A stretch of 64,000 nt of DNA from Azolla caroliniana (GCA_043228905.1 JBHGNT010000011.1:16244001-16308000), one strand, 5' to 3'; shown: positions 13,845 to 28,800, counted from the first letter of the stretch. Notes: generated from the sequence alone by a model not told the origin. Translations and numbers: made by a program.

Positions 13845-15685
13845 ATTTTATTTGTCTAATGCTTCACCTTTACGAAATATATTCGATATACAAAAATATC
13901 TTTTATTGTTGTCAGGATAGATAAGAGTGGTGAATGTATATTAGTTTGGATTTATGATAGTGTCAAACTGTTTTGCTACAATGAATTTTATTGAAAATTT
14001 AGTTGTATTAATATACAAATTTGATAATGTGATTTATGTGATGAAAACCTGAAAATATCCGGGAACTTGAAGAGGATGAGCATGCATTAGCTACAGTCAG
14101 ATCCATGGCTTGGAATTAACAATTTCAAAATTTTCAGGGCTGGATACCTCTATGGTGATAAGAACCCTAAGATTCGACTAATACACTGTATGGTGTTGCT
14201 TGAAATGTGAATAGGATGAGTTAGTGGCTGGCTATTGTCAGGTACATTGCCAAGAAGTTGAGAGCTTTCAAACTCTCAAGGATGGAAAATTTCTGCATTA
14301 TGGCAGGAATTGTTGGGGTAGAATAAACGTGCTGTATATCAAAGCTCCTAAAAAACAATTTAACCATTAGAGCGTTGACTCTGCCATTTACTTAAGTTTA
14401 ACCTGTCAACCACTCCATTAAATCTGTAACTTAAGTTGAAATTTTTTCACACCAACACTTCCCTAAGCATATCACCTACTTCTTTTGTTGCATCCTGAGT
14501 GCTAATAGAAGCGTTAATTCCACATGCTTCTCAAGATCGAACAATATTTGCCATAGTGTTGTAGGCTTCCCTTCTCCATGATTTATTTTGTTGTGGTGAA
14601 GCCCACATAGATGTTGGAATACTTCTCTATGGTGTTTGCAACTTTGGTGCTTTTGCACAAAATGTTCCTTGCTTGGATTATTTGCAGAATGTTCAACTCT
14701 ATGTATGTAATTGCTCATCTTGCTTTGATCACTAATTGTTGGTATTTTACTGGAGTTGGTCTACTGCTTTGTGGCACTCTTAGGTCGAGTATATATCATC
14801 CATGTACCTTGGTTTTTGTAATATTCTCATTTATGGAGAGTTGTGGCCAGTTTAGCTTCTAAGATCTTGTTGGCTGCAGGTTTAGGTACATATCATCCGT
14901 GACAACATTATGAGTAGCAGGTGCTCTATTTGTGTATGTGGGGCACCATGTAGCCCATATGGTTGCACCATACACGAGGGCAAGGATGATTATGGTGTTG
15001 AATAAAATAAAATCTCCTACCCTCTTTGGAAACTACACTAAAAGCTTCTAGAAGTCTTCTTGGAGGCGTTGCTTTTGTGTAGCCTCTTTACCTGCACGTA
15101 CCCCTCACCGAGCATTTATATCAATCACCATAAATTTGCATGGTTACACAGGATTAAGTTTTAGTTCAGTTTAAGAACATGAACACAACATTGTTAGTAG
15201 TAAGAATGAGATGCTCCTGATAAATATAAAAAACCATTGGAATAATTTGCCTTTGCTCAGATGTAAAACAATGGAAAAAATCTTTATGCGATGATCTCAG
15301 GTTTAAATGACGAGCCTTTTGCAAGTAAATGTGAATATACTTGCACAAACATCTTGCATATACTAGATAACCATTCATTCAAATGAAACAGATAACTGGG
15401 GATCAGGGATGATAGTTAAAATGTTTAAGACAGTGCATTGTGCATAGTACATAAGTAACTGAGGAACTAAAGCAAAGCATCATCAATTTGTATTCACTTG
15501 GATAAACATATTACAGATATACACAATTGCAAAATAAACAGCATCTAAGGCTGAAAAAAGGCGTGCGTGATGGACAAGCCAAAATTTGAGCAAAATGCAT
15601 CTACTGTACAGTTTTAGCAAAATGTCATTGAATGGATGAGGCACCTAAAAATGCGCACCTCTTCACAACGAACCCTGACTTTTTA

Positions 15686-15774
<89 letters not shown>

Positions 15775-15854
15775 ATCTTGAAGAAAACCCCTCATATAAA
15801 TTCCACTAATCCTCACAAATCAATATTTGCTACTCCGAGAAATACCATTCGTTT

Positions 15855-18538
15855 TCATTCTCGAGGAGCTAAATCTTTAGCCCGTCTCACCAAATAAATT
15901 CGACCATATGCCCATGGCCTGCCCAGTTGGGAACTTGATGGCTACAATAGTGAAAAAGAAGAAATTAAGTCTTAAATACAATGACAGCTGGCGTGGAATA
16001 CATTGTAACATACCTTAACTTTGGCATGGAATACGAGTGGCTGCTCACATACGTGACACTCAGTCTTATGTCGAGGATGTAAAGAATTATCTGTTCGTAT
16101 GAAAGTGTAAACCTACATTGCACATTAACCAGATGTATCAAACAATCTTCACTTTCGGACATGCATTGAGCTTCAGTGTGAGACTCAGATGCTTCATATA
16201 ATCTTGACTAGGACTAGGCACAAACAATGTTTCAAGGGATTTCACTGCTTTTTATCATTCTTATAATGGACCACATATTATATGCAATTCCCAAAAAGGT
16301 CGAAGTGAAATGTCAAATAGAAATGTGCACTTGCTATGTTGTGATAGAAATGTTATGAGCATGCATGTGTATACTTGCTAAGTTGGTAAGTAAAACATGA
16401 ATGCCATCCTAGATGGTGCAGAAAAACAATTTTAGATGTTGCAAGTTTTGGTCCTACTGCAATGCTATCCATCATGATTATGTGAAGATGTTAACATTAA
16501 TGCTTCGATGTTTAACAGCACGACCCCGCATAAATACAAGAACAAAAGCAGTCAATACAAGCCTAAACAAACACAATAAATCTTACCCATCAGCAAAAAT
16601 AACTGATAACTTTACATCACTGAGACCATGGAGAGATTTTCCAAAAAATCAATGACAGCTTACTTCTATAACTATACCTCTTCTCCACAACTAGGACAAC
16701 AACCTTTGAGCGCAACAAGTTCACCCCTCCAAAGGCCCTTGAGAGATTGAACTGTTGAAAAAATCAATCGATGCTTCTTATTAGTTAACTAAACATCTGA
16801 TTTCAGAGGCTTCAACATCAACATATGCGACTTTGGCAGCTTACACGCAGCTGTTGCTACAGGTACACCGATGGCAAATCCAATGGTAACTGTTATAGAT
16901 GCATTCAATGCTAATCCAATATGTGATGTTGCTGGAGGTCTCTGGTGATAGACAAAGGAAGACACCACATCTTCACACACCTTGCTGAAAGCACATGCAG
17001 ATGGACCCAATGCAGCCACAAGACCAATCACCAGAAACATTGTCCATACACTAGCTAATGCCATCACCTGAGAATCATCGACCTGTTCATCCTCCCTCCA
17101 TACCGACAATCGACTCAGTATGCCTATTAATGGAGACAGGAAAAAACTCTGAAATAACCCTGAGTTTCTCCTTATTTTGTTATTTCCTGAAAGGATGATA
17201 ATATGGTCACGTCATCCCCTTTTTCTATCTTTCAGTGGTTGATCCATAGGCATTTCAGAGTCTTTCCCTGGAGATCAATGTGCCATAAAAACGAATGAAA
17301 CATGGCATTCATAAAAAGCAATGGGCTTACCTCAGCATCAGCATAGACAGATAACCGCTTGAGGCTGCAACGAGGATACTTTAAAACAAGCTTTGATCCG
17401 TACCACCTCAACCTAACCTGGTTGGGATCCCAAACATGTTTTTGAAGTTCATTAAAGCTGAGGATAGATGCTCTTTTTTCAATCAGACATAAACTTACTA
17501 CAGACCCTTTGGTAAACAACTTTTCAAGGCAGACCTATTGAAGGGTTTTCATGGACTGGTTCTTCAAGATGATGAAATTCATCTGCTGTTTCTCTTAGTT
17601 ATAGCCTTATGTACTAATGTCATGCCAATATCATCCACAATGATCAGTATGTCACAGCTACCAAAGTTATTATGAAAAACTTTATTTTTCCCAACCAAAA
17701 GAAATTTCTAGTTACCAAAAGGTGACTTCTAGTTACAAAAGATACTTAAATACATGACAAACACAATTTTTGGATCAGGAGCATTGTTTTCATACCTCGA
17801 CTTTATCAAACATATCGTCCAAAATTAATGGTTTTCCATTATAGTAAGAGTCACGTGCCTGTAGACAAAAAGTACCATCAATTCTTATACTTCGGAATAA
17901 AGACAAAGATGCAGTGTAAAGTTATTGTTCATAATTGATCACCTTACGATGCATTAATATTATTACCATCTACACTACTGCATCACGGGTAGTGCAGAGA
18001 TGGATAAAACTAGATGCAGATTCCTCTATTAGCATCTTCAACTAGAAATATCGAGTTAAATGAACCAAGTTTAAAGACTGTATTCAACCCACAAATTCTC
18101 TTAAATGAACAAAATTAAAAGACCTTGACACACAATTCTCTAAGAAGGCGTAACAAGTTTAAAGGCTGCAATTCTATACACCAAAATTATCTCCTAAAGC
18201 TAGCAAATGAGAAGAAATACCTGTTGATATAAGGCTTCTAATCTGTCCTTATCTGCAGTCTCAACAGGCCCAACGAATACACAGGAAGGACCTTCGGTCA
18301 GAAAGGGATCAAAAGAACTCTGTAGAGCAGAAACCTTAGTAAGGACAGATCCGTCTGATCCACTTATACTTCTGTTCTCTCTGACATATTTGGATATGGA
18401 AGGAAATCTCGCCTTAGAAAGGCCAGATATTGCTTCTTGTCGGAGTCTGAAGCTTGAGCTGGAACAGAGATGTCTAGGTCCGGCCACGAATCTGTGACGA
18501 AAAAGCTGCTGCTGCTGCTGCTGCGAGTGGAGAAGCAT
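15855..18538 (-). CDS. PGRL2: PGRL2 / PGR5-like A protein (PGRL1-family thylakoid protein), 7 exons
   Basis: Exons about 18538-18221, 17858-17796, 17417-17331, 17082-16845, 16751-16678, 16112-16014, 15941-15855. They encode a transit peptide, EGPSCVFVGPVETADKDRLEALYQQ|ARDSYYNGKPLILDDMFDKVE|VRLRWYGSKLVLKYPRCSLKR, two TM segments, ALKGCCPSCGEE|VYTF..ECHVC and RPWAYGRIYLV; these motifs match the Arabidopsis At5g59400 type as recalled. Confidence 0.88.
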
Positions 18539-18637
18539 GGCGATGGCGCAGCTATGTATCCATGAATGTTAGGTAATGAGGATTACGATATCAGGGTAGT
18601 ACGATTAGGTTAATAGGGTTACGCACTGGGCTTCTGG

Positions 18638-18668
18638 TTTAGGGTTAGGGTTAGGGTTAGGGTTAGGG
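18638..18668. promoter_or_regulatory. Telomere-like tract TTTAGGG(TTAGGG)4, telo-box-like, ~100 bp upstream of the PGRL2 ATG
   Basis: Repeat is directly visible; the regulatory role is inferred from plant telo-boxes (AAACCCTA). Confidence 0.5.
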
Positions 18669-21263
18669 CTACGGAGGTCTCAAAGGAAATGACGGGACGG
18701 GAGGGGTTGTGTGTGTATGCGTGCGCGCGTGTGTGAAGGGGTCTTGAGGGTGTTTCCATGGCTCACGGAGTTCCATGTCAGCAAGAAGAAAAATCTATGT
18801 ATGCATAATAGCCAGCCCCCTTCAGAAAAATAGCCCTCATATTTCCTCAAATTCCAGATCTGGCCACAACCCTTCTAGTTCAATCTTCTCCTTCCCATTT
18901 TCGCCCGAAGAAAACACGAATGTGAATGTGAATGTTATTTAAGAGCCAATTGTCAGTGTGCACGATGTCATGCTAAAATTAATGAGCGATTTTGATCACG
19001 AGTGCCATGTCAACCCCATGGCTGCAGCCTTCAACCCACGTGCCATTAGTGTTGCGAAATGGATTCCTTCCAACACTCTTGTTTTTTCTTTTGGCTTCGG
19101 TTGAACAATATTTTTGCTCGAATATCTCATTATGCCCCTTTCATGATCAACCTTGGGCACCTTGTTATTAGCTATTCAATCCAACTAATAAGCTACTCTT
19201 GTTGTATATTTGATTAGGTTATTGCCATACTTCTACTCAATGACCATGAATCTACCTTGGCTATTGAGGGGGGTTTATATTGTAAGAGGGAGGCATCTCC
19301 TTGGGGAGATTCATGTTTGTATGTAAGGGAAGCATCCTCTTTGGGATCTCCTCAACTATTGTGACAAGTCAAGTGAGAAAACATGCATAGTTAAGGATGT
19401 GACTTGGTATGGGTTCCATCTATTGCTTTGCTAAGAGGGTTAAACACCATAATACAGGCATTGATTTGCAATTACAATTGACCAATGGCATTTTCTAGCT
19501 CCTCTCCGAGATGAGCCTCAACAAACTTCAATTGGAGGTTAAACACTTAGGGAATCCTACTATGAGTTATGTCAATTACCAAGGCAACAACCATGCCATT
19601 GGGTCCAAGGATGTCCCCATCAACTTGCAAAGACGCAAGTGAGAAAGTGTTGCCCTTAGAAATGAAGAGGAAACTTATGGTGGCTTGGGGTCAAAAGTTT
19701 GGTGAGGACATCACCACATGAAGATGATGCATGGAAGAATGCCTACATTGTGGGAGGATCTTGATTTGCTCTATGGTGGATTTTTTCATGGGATGAACTC
19801 TTGTATAAGTGTTGTGGTCAAGTAGGAACTCTAGGTGAGTGACTAGGCCACCTTTTTCATATCTTAAATTATTCTTTTGGTTCTTACATTCTCTATGCAA
19901 GTAAGAAAAATGAGTTTTTTCAATATTTTTGGCTCTTAATTTCTTGCACACCACTTGCCACATATCTTGTCCTTGAGCAAGATGTGAGTTGTGCTTCATT
20001 TTACTTATGTAAGACTTCTCCCCACCTTGCTGTGAAAGCATTATTTATTATATGCTATAATATGATTTATTACTCCAATTATTCTTCTAGTGACCCATCT
20101 CATAATTGTGTGTCCATGTGATTTTGCCCCTATTATTGCACACTGCATTCGATGACCTTTTGGATTTCATTTTCGTCAGTTGAGTACCTTTTGATTCTCA
20201 AGCAAGAGGTTTGGTTCAATCACCTCTTCCCCAACTCTTTTAGCATGAACTAGCTCAAAGTTTTGTTTCCCAAAAAGGTTTAATGACTAGTTCTTAGAGA
20301 GTTTCAACTTCTTAGTTCCCTTGGGCGTCCAATGTTTGTTTGACATTCCTATCAAGATATGAATTCACATATGGTGTTTGTTCATGTTAGATTTCATGGC
20401 TCAAACAACGCTTCAAGAAAATTGGGGTATGTATGCCTTTAGATTCTATAACATGTCCTCAAACGAAAGTTTTGAGATAAGGTTGACTCAAGCAAGTGGA
20501 AGTTCTTCCCTAAATCAAAATTCCTGACCTTTGTCCAAGCAAGCAATTTGCATCAAAGGTTGCATGATTTTGATTTAAGTTCAAAGGTTGCAAAATTCTT
20601 GAGTGTTGGCCCTAGGTTCATAGGTTGTCAAGTAATAAATCTCTATTCAAGTCAACCAGTTCACCTACAAAGCAATGTCAAGTCACTCGTTCCCATATTA
20701 AGTAAAATTAATCATCTCCATAGATGCAACGTATCACATAATATTAAATTTATCAATATTTTTTCAGAATAAAAATTAACACATTCACGAGAACAACAAG
20801 CATACATCTTTGACATAATCCGAAGTTTTCTTAGGGACATAACATTCAAGTTCTTAATCTCGAGACCAATTTGTGGTCACAGCGTGGCACCACATCAAGC
20901 GAGAAATCCATAAACAAAAGGAATGGAAAGAAGTGATTTAGAACAGGTACAATAACTTTATTTATTTGTGAGAGACAAAGTTGATATCAAGGGAATGAAA
21001 AAGCTACAACATAAAGAGGTGATGTGCCTCAGATACATTGGAATGCAATGCCACTGGGAAGAACTGCACCCACCTTTGCAAAAAGAGTATGGAAAATCAT
21101 GTGACACATATATGGCTTTTGGTTGTGCCTATACAGTAGGAGCGTATGGTAGCAAAATATGCTTTTAGCAAAAACATTGATGAAGATGAACACTGTTTCT
21201 TTGGTTTGTTTACAATACAGATTACAAGTACACACTGGAAAAGAAATTGGATTCATACCCCTC

Positions 21264-24200
21264 TCAACTCTTACAGCCCAGATCAAGTCTAGCATCTTCT
21301 GAAATGGTTGTGTTTCTACATAGCTTTTGCAGGTCTACATAACCAATGAGAACATCCTCAAAGTTAATATCTGCTAAATTTGCATTAACAAAAGTGGAGC
21401 CCGAGAGTATAGCATTCTTAAAATTAGCCCCCTGCAAGTCAGCGCCATCAAATACAACCCGGTCCAGAACAGCATTGGTAAAGTTAGTCCCTACAAAAGA
21501 AGAGGTTTGAGAAATTAATATGTAGCAAATACATCAGTGCCCATCCAATACTTCAACATTTACTATCATGAATATGATAAACTAGCACTTATGCACTCAC
21601 CTTTAAAGCTTGCACCTACTGCATATGCTTTAGACATCGTGACTTCTGTCATATCTGCACCATCAAACTTTGCATCTGGCATCAGAGCTGCAGACAATGT
21701 CTTGCCCTTCAGATTTGTTTTGTCATTTTGATAATCACAGAAACGCAAGTCAAGAAGTGTATCTGCTACTCCATTTGCTTGACCTATCGTGTTTCCCACA
21801 AATGCCTTCTCACATCGATTTGGATCTGTCGAAAGAGGTGGAAGTTTCTGCATCCAGCATAATAATATCAACAGTGTGCAGGTAATATGATACAAGCCTC
21901 ATCTAAAAGGTGTTAGTGGTGCCGGTCATCTTATGCCTACCACTGAAGATGCAGCCAAACTGGGAACTGCAGACCACATATTCAACACAGCAGCTGCAGC
22001 ACAAAGCCCACAACCAACCTGCCTAGTTATCTTAGAGATCTCTTCTCCCTCGAGGAAAGTTTGAGCTCGAGCTGAACATCCATTATACACAGTAGGATTC
22101 AGTCCCTCTCTCTCTTTCTCTCTCTCAAACACACACAATCTTAGTAATTGCATATGAAAAACACTACAATGTTATTGTGACTAATTTAGTGTTGCCAATA
22201 CTTGTAGTGGGACATGTTGAAGAACCAGTAGCCAGGAAGAACACTCTACCAAGAAGAGGATCTCCACTTGTTCCAATAATCAGATTTGCCAAATTAATAC
22301 TCCAAATTCCATAAATATGCCGTAACTCCATGCCTATCATTAAACATGAAGGTGTTGCACATATCCCAATTATGACCTGATTCTCAATACCTCAAAAAAG
22401 AGATCAAATGACCTTCATCTCTGATTTTTGGTTAATCATTGTATATTCCATATATACCCATTGCCTTGGTGTTATGTAACAACATACAAAAATCTGCCCA
22501 ATCTTGGACAGACCAGTTCCATTGTGGACTTTGCAGCAATATTAAGGAACTGTTGCTGAAGCAAAGGGATCAGCAATGGTAATCAAGGGATATCAAGGTG
22601 TTAATAAGCAAGACGATTCTCCAATCAATTTATGTTCTAATAGTTTATTTCTTGTTTAATTATCATACTCATCCTGTGTTAACCGGTTGTAGCCGGTAGT
22701 ATCCTCAACAGATATTTGGTCAGCTTGACATGAACTGGAGCGGCAAGGTGAGATGGAGGATTAACAAGAGATTCAAAGGACAATGGTGGTCACTTAATCA
22801 ATTTTCCTGGATGTTCCATGAGGAGGACAACATTGCCAGCATGAGAAGGACAATCAGCCAACTTGATGTGCGGAAAATTTCCGAGTTCCTAAAGTCTACA
22901 ACATGAAAATGAAGGAAAAAGTGGTAGGAAAAATTACTTGCTTTAAACAAGTGGCACAGGAAAATTTGCAAAGTCGAATTAGTGAGCTAAAATCTGCCCA
23001 CTTGAGCTAATTTTGAGCACTGCTCAATAAGCTTTCCCTCCACGACCTGGCAAGGATGAATCTACATCATTTCGTTGAATGGGTGGAATCAGATGGGAAA
23101 AATACAGTCACTCGAAATCTGCAATTTGGGTTATAGCTCACCAATTTGGCTTTACAAATTCAGTCTTCATTCAATCAAAGTGAGATTTTTTTCCTATTTC
23201 TTAGACTCCTTTCTGTTGCATCTCTTTGTTGTAGACCTTTAGGAAATTTTGATGTTCTTCCTGTTAAAATAGTCACCTGGCTGAATGTTTGACTGTCCTT
23301 CCCATGTCATCATGTTGTCCAGGTCTTGAAATATTTATTCAACAACTGCCATCATCCTCATAATCTCCAGTTGATAATCCAGCTCTCCTTGCTGCCTCAA
23401 TTCACATTGACTTCACTAAATATTGAGTAGATTTATGAGCTTAGGCACCCGGAGTGGAACCGAGGAGGTTTTGGGCAAACGAAAGAGGGAAAAAGCGAGA
23501 AATTTAATAATTTGTTAGACAAAATTAATTGAGGAATCTCTATTGTATTGTGAATAGCTACAATTGGATTGATAGATATGGATTAAACCCTAGCTACAAA
23601 GACTAACAATGCTTGGGACTGTTTAAGTTGTTGAAGGACAAAAATACAACCACAAAAACCCTCATATATATTCTACACGCATGTGTACATGGAGAGAGAG
23701 AAAGAGAGACAGAGATCTAGAGCAGATGGATGTTGCTCAGTTGATAAGGTGTCCCGCAGAGACCAGAAGGTCGTGTGTTATAAACACTTACGTTCCACAA
23801 GGTCAGCTAGTAAATTGTGCAAGCACGAGATACAAACCAGATATGTACTATTACCAAAGGTTAACAAGTGAGGATAATTTCATTCGCATAATGTAGAAGA
23901 TCGAAGCCAAGCAACAGTTTATGGTGAACAACGGTGTTTCTAACAATGAAAATGCACAATGCCATTGGGCATACCATGGCTATTCACCAGTAGCAAAGGC
24001 ACTACTTGCGATCGTATTTTTTGGTCACAAGACACAAACCAGGCCTGTGCTATTACCAAAGATTAACAAGTGAGGATAAATTCATTCATATAATGTAGAA
24101 GATTAAAGCCAAGCAACGGCTCATGGTGAACAATGGCAATTCTAACCACGACAATGCACGATTAAAATGAGCATACCACGGCGATTAACCAATGGCAAAG

Positions 24201-24483
24201 GCACAAAGTTGGAATCGTGTTTTTTCTTTCAGTTAGGAGGGGGGAAACCGACTGTTTTTTCTTTCAGTTAGGAGGGGGAAACCGACAAATTGCAAGAGTG
24301 ATCATAGTAGAAAAAGCTACGGTGTCTCTGTCTACATTACACCTCTACTCAGCGATGGATCATACCTGGAGAGGGGTAGTGAACAGCATGGGGGGCTTTG
24401 AAGGTGTTGCAGGAGAGAAGGCTTCTTGAGTTGTTGTCCCCAGCAAGGAAGGAAGAGACGCGTAGACAGGAGGAGGAGGCCAT
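21264..24483 (-). CDS. TL17: Thylakoid lumenal 17.4 kDa pentapeptide-repeat protein, 4 exons
   Basis: Exons about 24483-24366, 22071-21940, 21848-21601, 21490-21264. Bipartite transit peptide, then KLPPLSTDPNRCEKAFVGNTIGQANGVADTLLDLRFCDY..LKGKTLSAALM..AKFDGADMTEVTMSKAYAVGASFKG-TNFTNAVLDRV..DLQKLCRN..LGCKS*. Confidence 0.92.
22610..23545. repeat. Old degenerate long inverted repeat (foldback/MITE-like) in TL17 intron 1
   Basis: AATTTGCAAAGTCGAATTAGTGAGCTA (~22963) pairs with TAGCTCACCAATTTGGCTTTACAAATT (~23134); TTCCTAAAGTCTACAACA pairs with TGTTGTAGACCTTTAGGAA; centre ~23070. Confidence 0.7.
23848..24204. repeat. Diverged tandem duplication (~200-bp period) in TL17 intron 1
   Basis: 23848-24002 resembles 24049-24204 (CTATTACCAAAG.TTAACAAGTGAGGATAA..GCAAAGGCAC). 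Confidence 0.85.
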
Positions 24484-25308
24484 GGTAGATAGATAATGGG
24501 TTCTCGATTCCAAATGCAAAACACAGTCTCTGCTCTGATCTGTCTCCTCCGATGGATGATGATTTCCCAAGAATATGAATAAACTAGAAATATCTCTTAA
24601 TGGATAAGTAAGTGATCATAAGTTATAACCATCCCAGCCTCTTCCTCCTAAGTCCTAACTTCTTCAATATGAGAGATGAGGACCATGAGCTAGTGGCAGC
24701 CCTCCCGCCACCCAACCCTCAGACTACAGCCCTAACATTTCTCTCTTCCGTCCGAGTAGTAGCCGTCCACCCTCATCTACTCTTTTTACTCTTTGCTTGC
24801 CCCTGGAAGGGGGTCTCGTGTCATCATTTCTTATCTTAGAAATAGGACAATAATGTCCTACCTTTGATTTTGGGCCAATCTGTGTGAATCGTGCAAACAT
24901 GCCTTGCCTCGGTGTCAAATAACACTAGGACAAAACTTGCCAAATTCGAGAAAAATATAAGTCCAAATCTGACAGGCTATTGGACATTGTGTGAAATGGT
25001 AAGTAATACTATCTTCCACTTTGAACAATGCAAAAGAAGCAATTGCCCATTTACTTTCACGTTGCTTTAGAGCTAATCTCAAAGGCAAACCCCAATCAAA
25101 ACTCTACAAATAAAGACCTTCGCTACAAGTGGCAATTTAGAATGTCAACTATGTTTTAAGATCTGCCACCATCCATAATTAGAGTTATCTACTTTCCATT
25201 CTTGTTCAAGCTTAGATGATAGTCATCAAAGAGATTCAGCAGAGCAATGATACAAGAGATTAGTACTCACTTGTAAAAATGGATCCCATAAACATCAATA
25301 AACAATGG

Positions 25309-25372
<64 letters not shown>

Positions 25373-25877
25373 CACATGGAGAATCAGGCATCACAATTGG
25401 TCAAGAAGAAGAATAGAAAATAAAAAAAAGGAACATTGTATTTCTAAGTCATCCCAACCTTACGACATGTGTTTATGTACTAACTCACTATCAAGATTAG
25501 TTTACATGTCTACCCCATTCCCATGAGACTACAAAGTTGTGTGTTCACATTGCACATCCACATTGAAGACATCTCATAATGGCCGCACAACAAGTACAAT
25601 TGTGACACACCATCCTCGTTAAATGATTGGTCATCATCCTCAAATAGGATGTCACGAAATGCTTTCCAAATCCAAAAATTGCTCTCAACTCTCAAGCAAC
25701 ATTGGACGAAGGACAAGATTTCCAAAACACTAGAAATTTATGAAATATATGATTCCTCAACTTCTCTCAAGGTCTATGATATAAAATTATCCCTAATCAA
25801 CTTACCAAAGGACTTTATCAATATCTTCATCTAATAAACACTTCTTCAATCTACAAACATGCATGTGGGATGGATAC

Positions 25878-28800
25878 TGTTACCGGTCGGCAAAGGAGTC
25901 CACAGTGGGAAACGGAGAGCTAATTAAGTAGTAGGAATGTGGTTGTAATTAAGCTATAAGTGTGGACGGACGGACCGGAATCGGTATGCCGTTCCGGATC
26001 CGGACCGATCCCGAACAGGTGCGGATGGCACCGTTTTGTAATACAGACCGGAAACCTATTTAAAGGCCCGGATACAATGTAATAGTTAGCGGTTAATTAA
26101 TGAAAGCGTAAGCGTTGTTATATCTCTGTGTTAATTGCCGTTCTGTCTTAATTGTTATATCTTACGCGTGTTATGAAGACGATCCTAATAAGTAACTTAA
26201 CTAAGTCGGATTAAGCGTTGAAGTCTAATCCGGTTGCCGTAACACCCTTTGGTGAAGTGTCTCCCGTAGACACCCTGGGTTAGGCCATTGTCCGGCCCGA
26301 AGAGTTAACACAGTTTTTGGCGACCACGATTCCTGTTTTTGCAGCGAACGACGGCACGGATGGATGTCTAGATCAACGCACGACCTGGTTACAGATCGAA
26401 CTCGACGCCTTGCCGAAAGGCAAAGGAGACGCAAGGCTTTCCAGCAAGCGGCGCAGGAAATTAGAGCGGATCGCTCGTTTTCCAACGTAATCCGGAGAGT
26501 AGCGGAGGACTCCCTCTGGTTACAGCAAACATCGCACCCGGACGACGGTAGCAGCCTAAGCAGCCTCCGGGAAACCGAATCCCTTCTCCACGCGTTGGCA
26601 AACGGAGAAGGCGAAGCAGAGGCCTTTTCAGCATATGAATCGGACTCCGAAGGGGAATACAACGTGCACACGAACTACCGTAGCAGCAACGAAACCCCAG
26701 GTGGACCGGAGGACGAAGGATATGGCACGCCGTAACGCAGTGGCTCACCTTGCTGGTGCCACCCGTTCAGACCGTCCAGCCCAAGAAGCGAGGAAGAGTG
26801 TCGGACGACACCCCAAGGACGGCTTCCAAACGGCAACAGTTGTTGGCCTCTAAGGCCAGTAAGGGAAAGGCGGCGGATGCAGACCAGGCGGCAGCAGGAA
26901 GTGGCAGCCGGAAGCGCCCAACGGAGGCACAGGAGGAACCACCGGCACGGCCCGTAAAGGTCACACTCCGCAGACCGGTGAATTGAGAAGTGGACCCCTT
27001 GGCGGCAAAACTCAATGCCGGAGCTCAGGAGGAGGAAATAGAGGAGGAGCCTACAGAGCACCTCCAGTGACGGTCATCGGCAAGGACCGTTGAGACAGCC
27101 GGGAAATGTTCGGACCCTCAGACGGAGGGAGCACCGGCTCCCCATACTGAGACTCCCACGCCAAGGAAGGAACCGGAACCGGTGCAGATGGCACCGGAAA
27201 CAGAAGCCCCGGCACCACCGGCAACACCGGCAAGCCCCATCCCGCCAGAGCCGGAAAGGTCACTGCAGCCTCCCTCGGTGAGCCAAGAAGAAGCGCAAGG
27301 GGAACCAGGACAGCAGGAGGGTCCACGGGCAGAAACGGAACTGCAACTCAGCGCAACTCGGCGGGACCACCCCTCTACAAGTGAGCCCATCTATCAAACC
27401 TCCGTGCAAGCACAACAAGGCACCGGTAGCCTGTGGCTCCGGTGGATAGGCGAACAGATAGCCGGAGCGGTGGGGTATATAGAGGCGGAAGAAAGAGCGC
27501 AAAGCCAACAGTTGCTCGTCACAACCGAACAACTAGAGACGGCCCGGTCCAGAATCCGGTGCCTTGAAAAAGACTTGGATCAGGTCACGACAGAGATGGC
27601 CAAAATACGGATCCAATCACCGGTGACTCCGGTAAGTGTACAGAATAATGAAACGGAACGACCTGTACATAACAATAAGACCCCGGCAACGGAAACCGTT
27701 CCGGCGAGAGATGCGGCGCAAGCTCGGGTGCTTGCGGAATTGAGAGAGGAACTTGCCGCACAAGAAGCGCTAAGGAGTCATGAATGAGAATTGAAGACGT
27801 CGGCCGAAGCCGAATTGAAGAAGACTGATGAGAACCTCCGCCGGGCAGAGGAGAGCCTCTGGAAAGGCCATCAAGCGTACGATCGGCTAAAGGAGGAGAA
27901 AGACAAAGTGCTGCAGGAAAAGGACAAGCTACGGAAAACGGCGGAAATAGAGATTGAACGGCTAAAGGAAGAGCTCCGCTAGCAGAAGGACTGTGAGGAC
28001 CGGGCCCGTCGTCAGATCAACGCACGGCTCAAGCAAAAGACGGATGATTTTGAGCACCTGCACCGGGACTACAAACGGCTGGAAACGGAGCATAAAGAAC
28101 GGATGGCCGAGCTCCAGCAGGCAGTTGATCGGGCCGCGACGGCGATCGCCGACGAACGGGCGGAAAATACAAGACGCTTGGAAGAGGCGGAGAAAGTCCG
28201 GATGGAGCTCCAGAGGCAGCAGTAGGAAGACAAAGAGAGAGCGTCAACAGTATTGCAGAAATTACAAAGTACATATCAAAGGCAATTGACGCATTACAAG
28301 GCGCAAGCGGAGGACAACGTAAAAATCATCAAACAACTGAAGGAGGAACGGCAAGCGGCGGAAACCAAATCGCAATTGGGAACGAGCCGGATTCAGTCCA
28401 TCCTCCGGGCATGGCTGAATCAGACGAAGCACTTGATTGATGAAAGCTCCGTAAAATGGTGGACAAAGTGGGCACAAAACGCGGCGGAACTCCAGTTGCT
28501 ACGGGCGGATGTGGCAAACCAGCGGAAGGAAGGAGATGACTGTTATACGTTGACTTCCGAGGACTTCACCGCCATACGGGACGAGCTGGCCGACGACTTC
28601 CAAGTCCTGGCAGATGAACAGCTGGCGCAGGTCAGGCAGCTCGTAGCTCAGCTGGACGATGATAGGCTAGACGCTCAAATCTAGTTTGAAAGCTACGAGC
28701 GGTCCTGGGTACGGGAAGAAAAAGCACGGGAAGCGACAACGGTTAACCTTAGTGATGAGGAACCGTCGCCGGCTGAGGGCCAGCCGGGAACCAGTCAACC

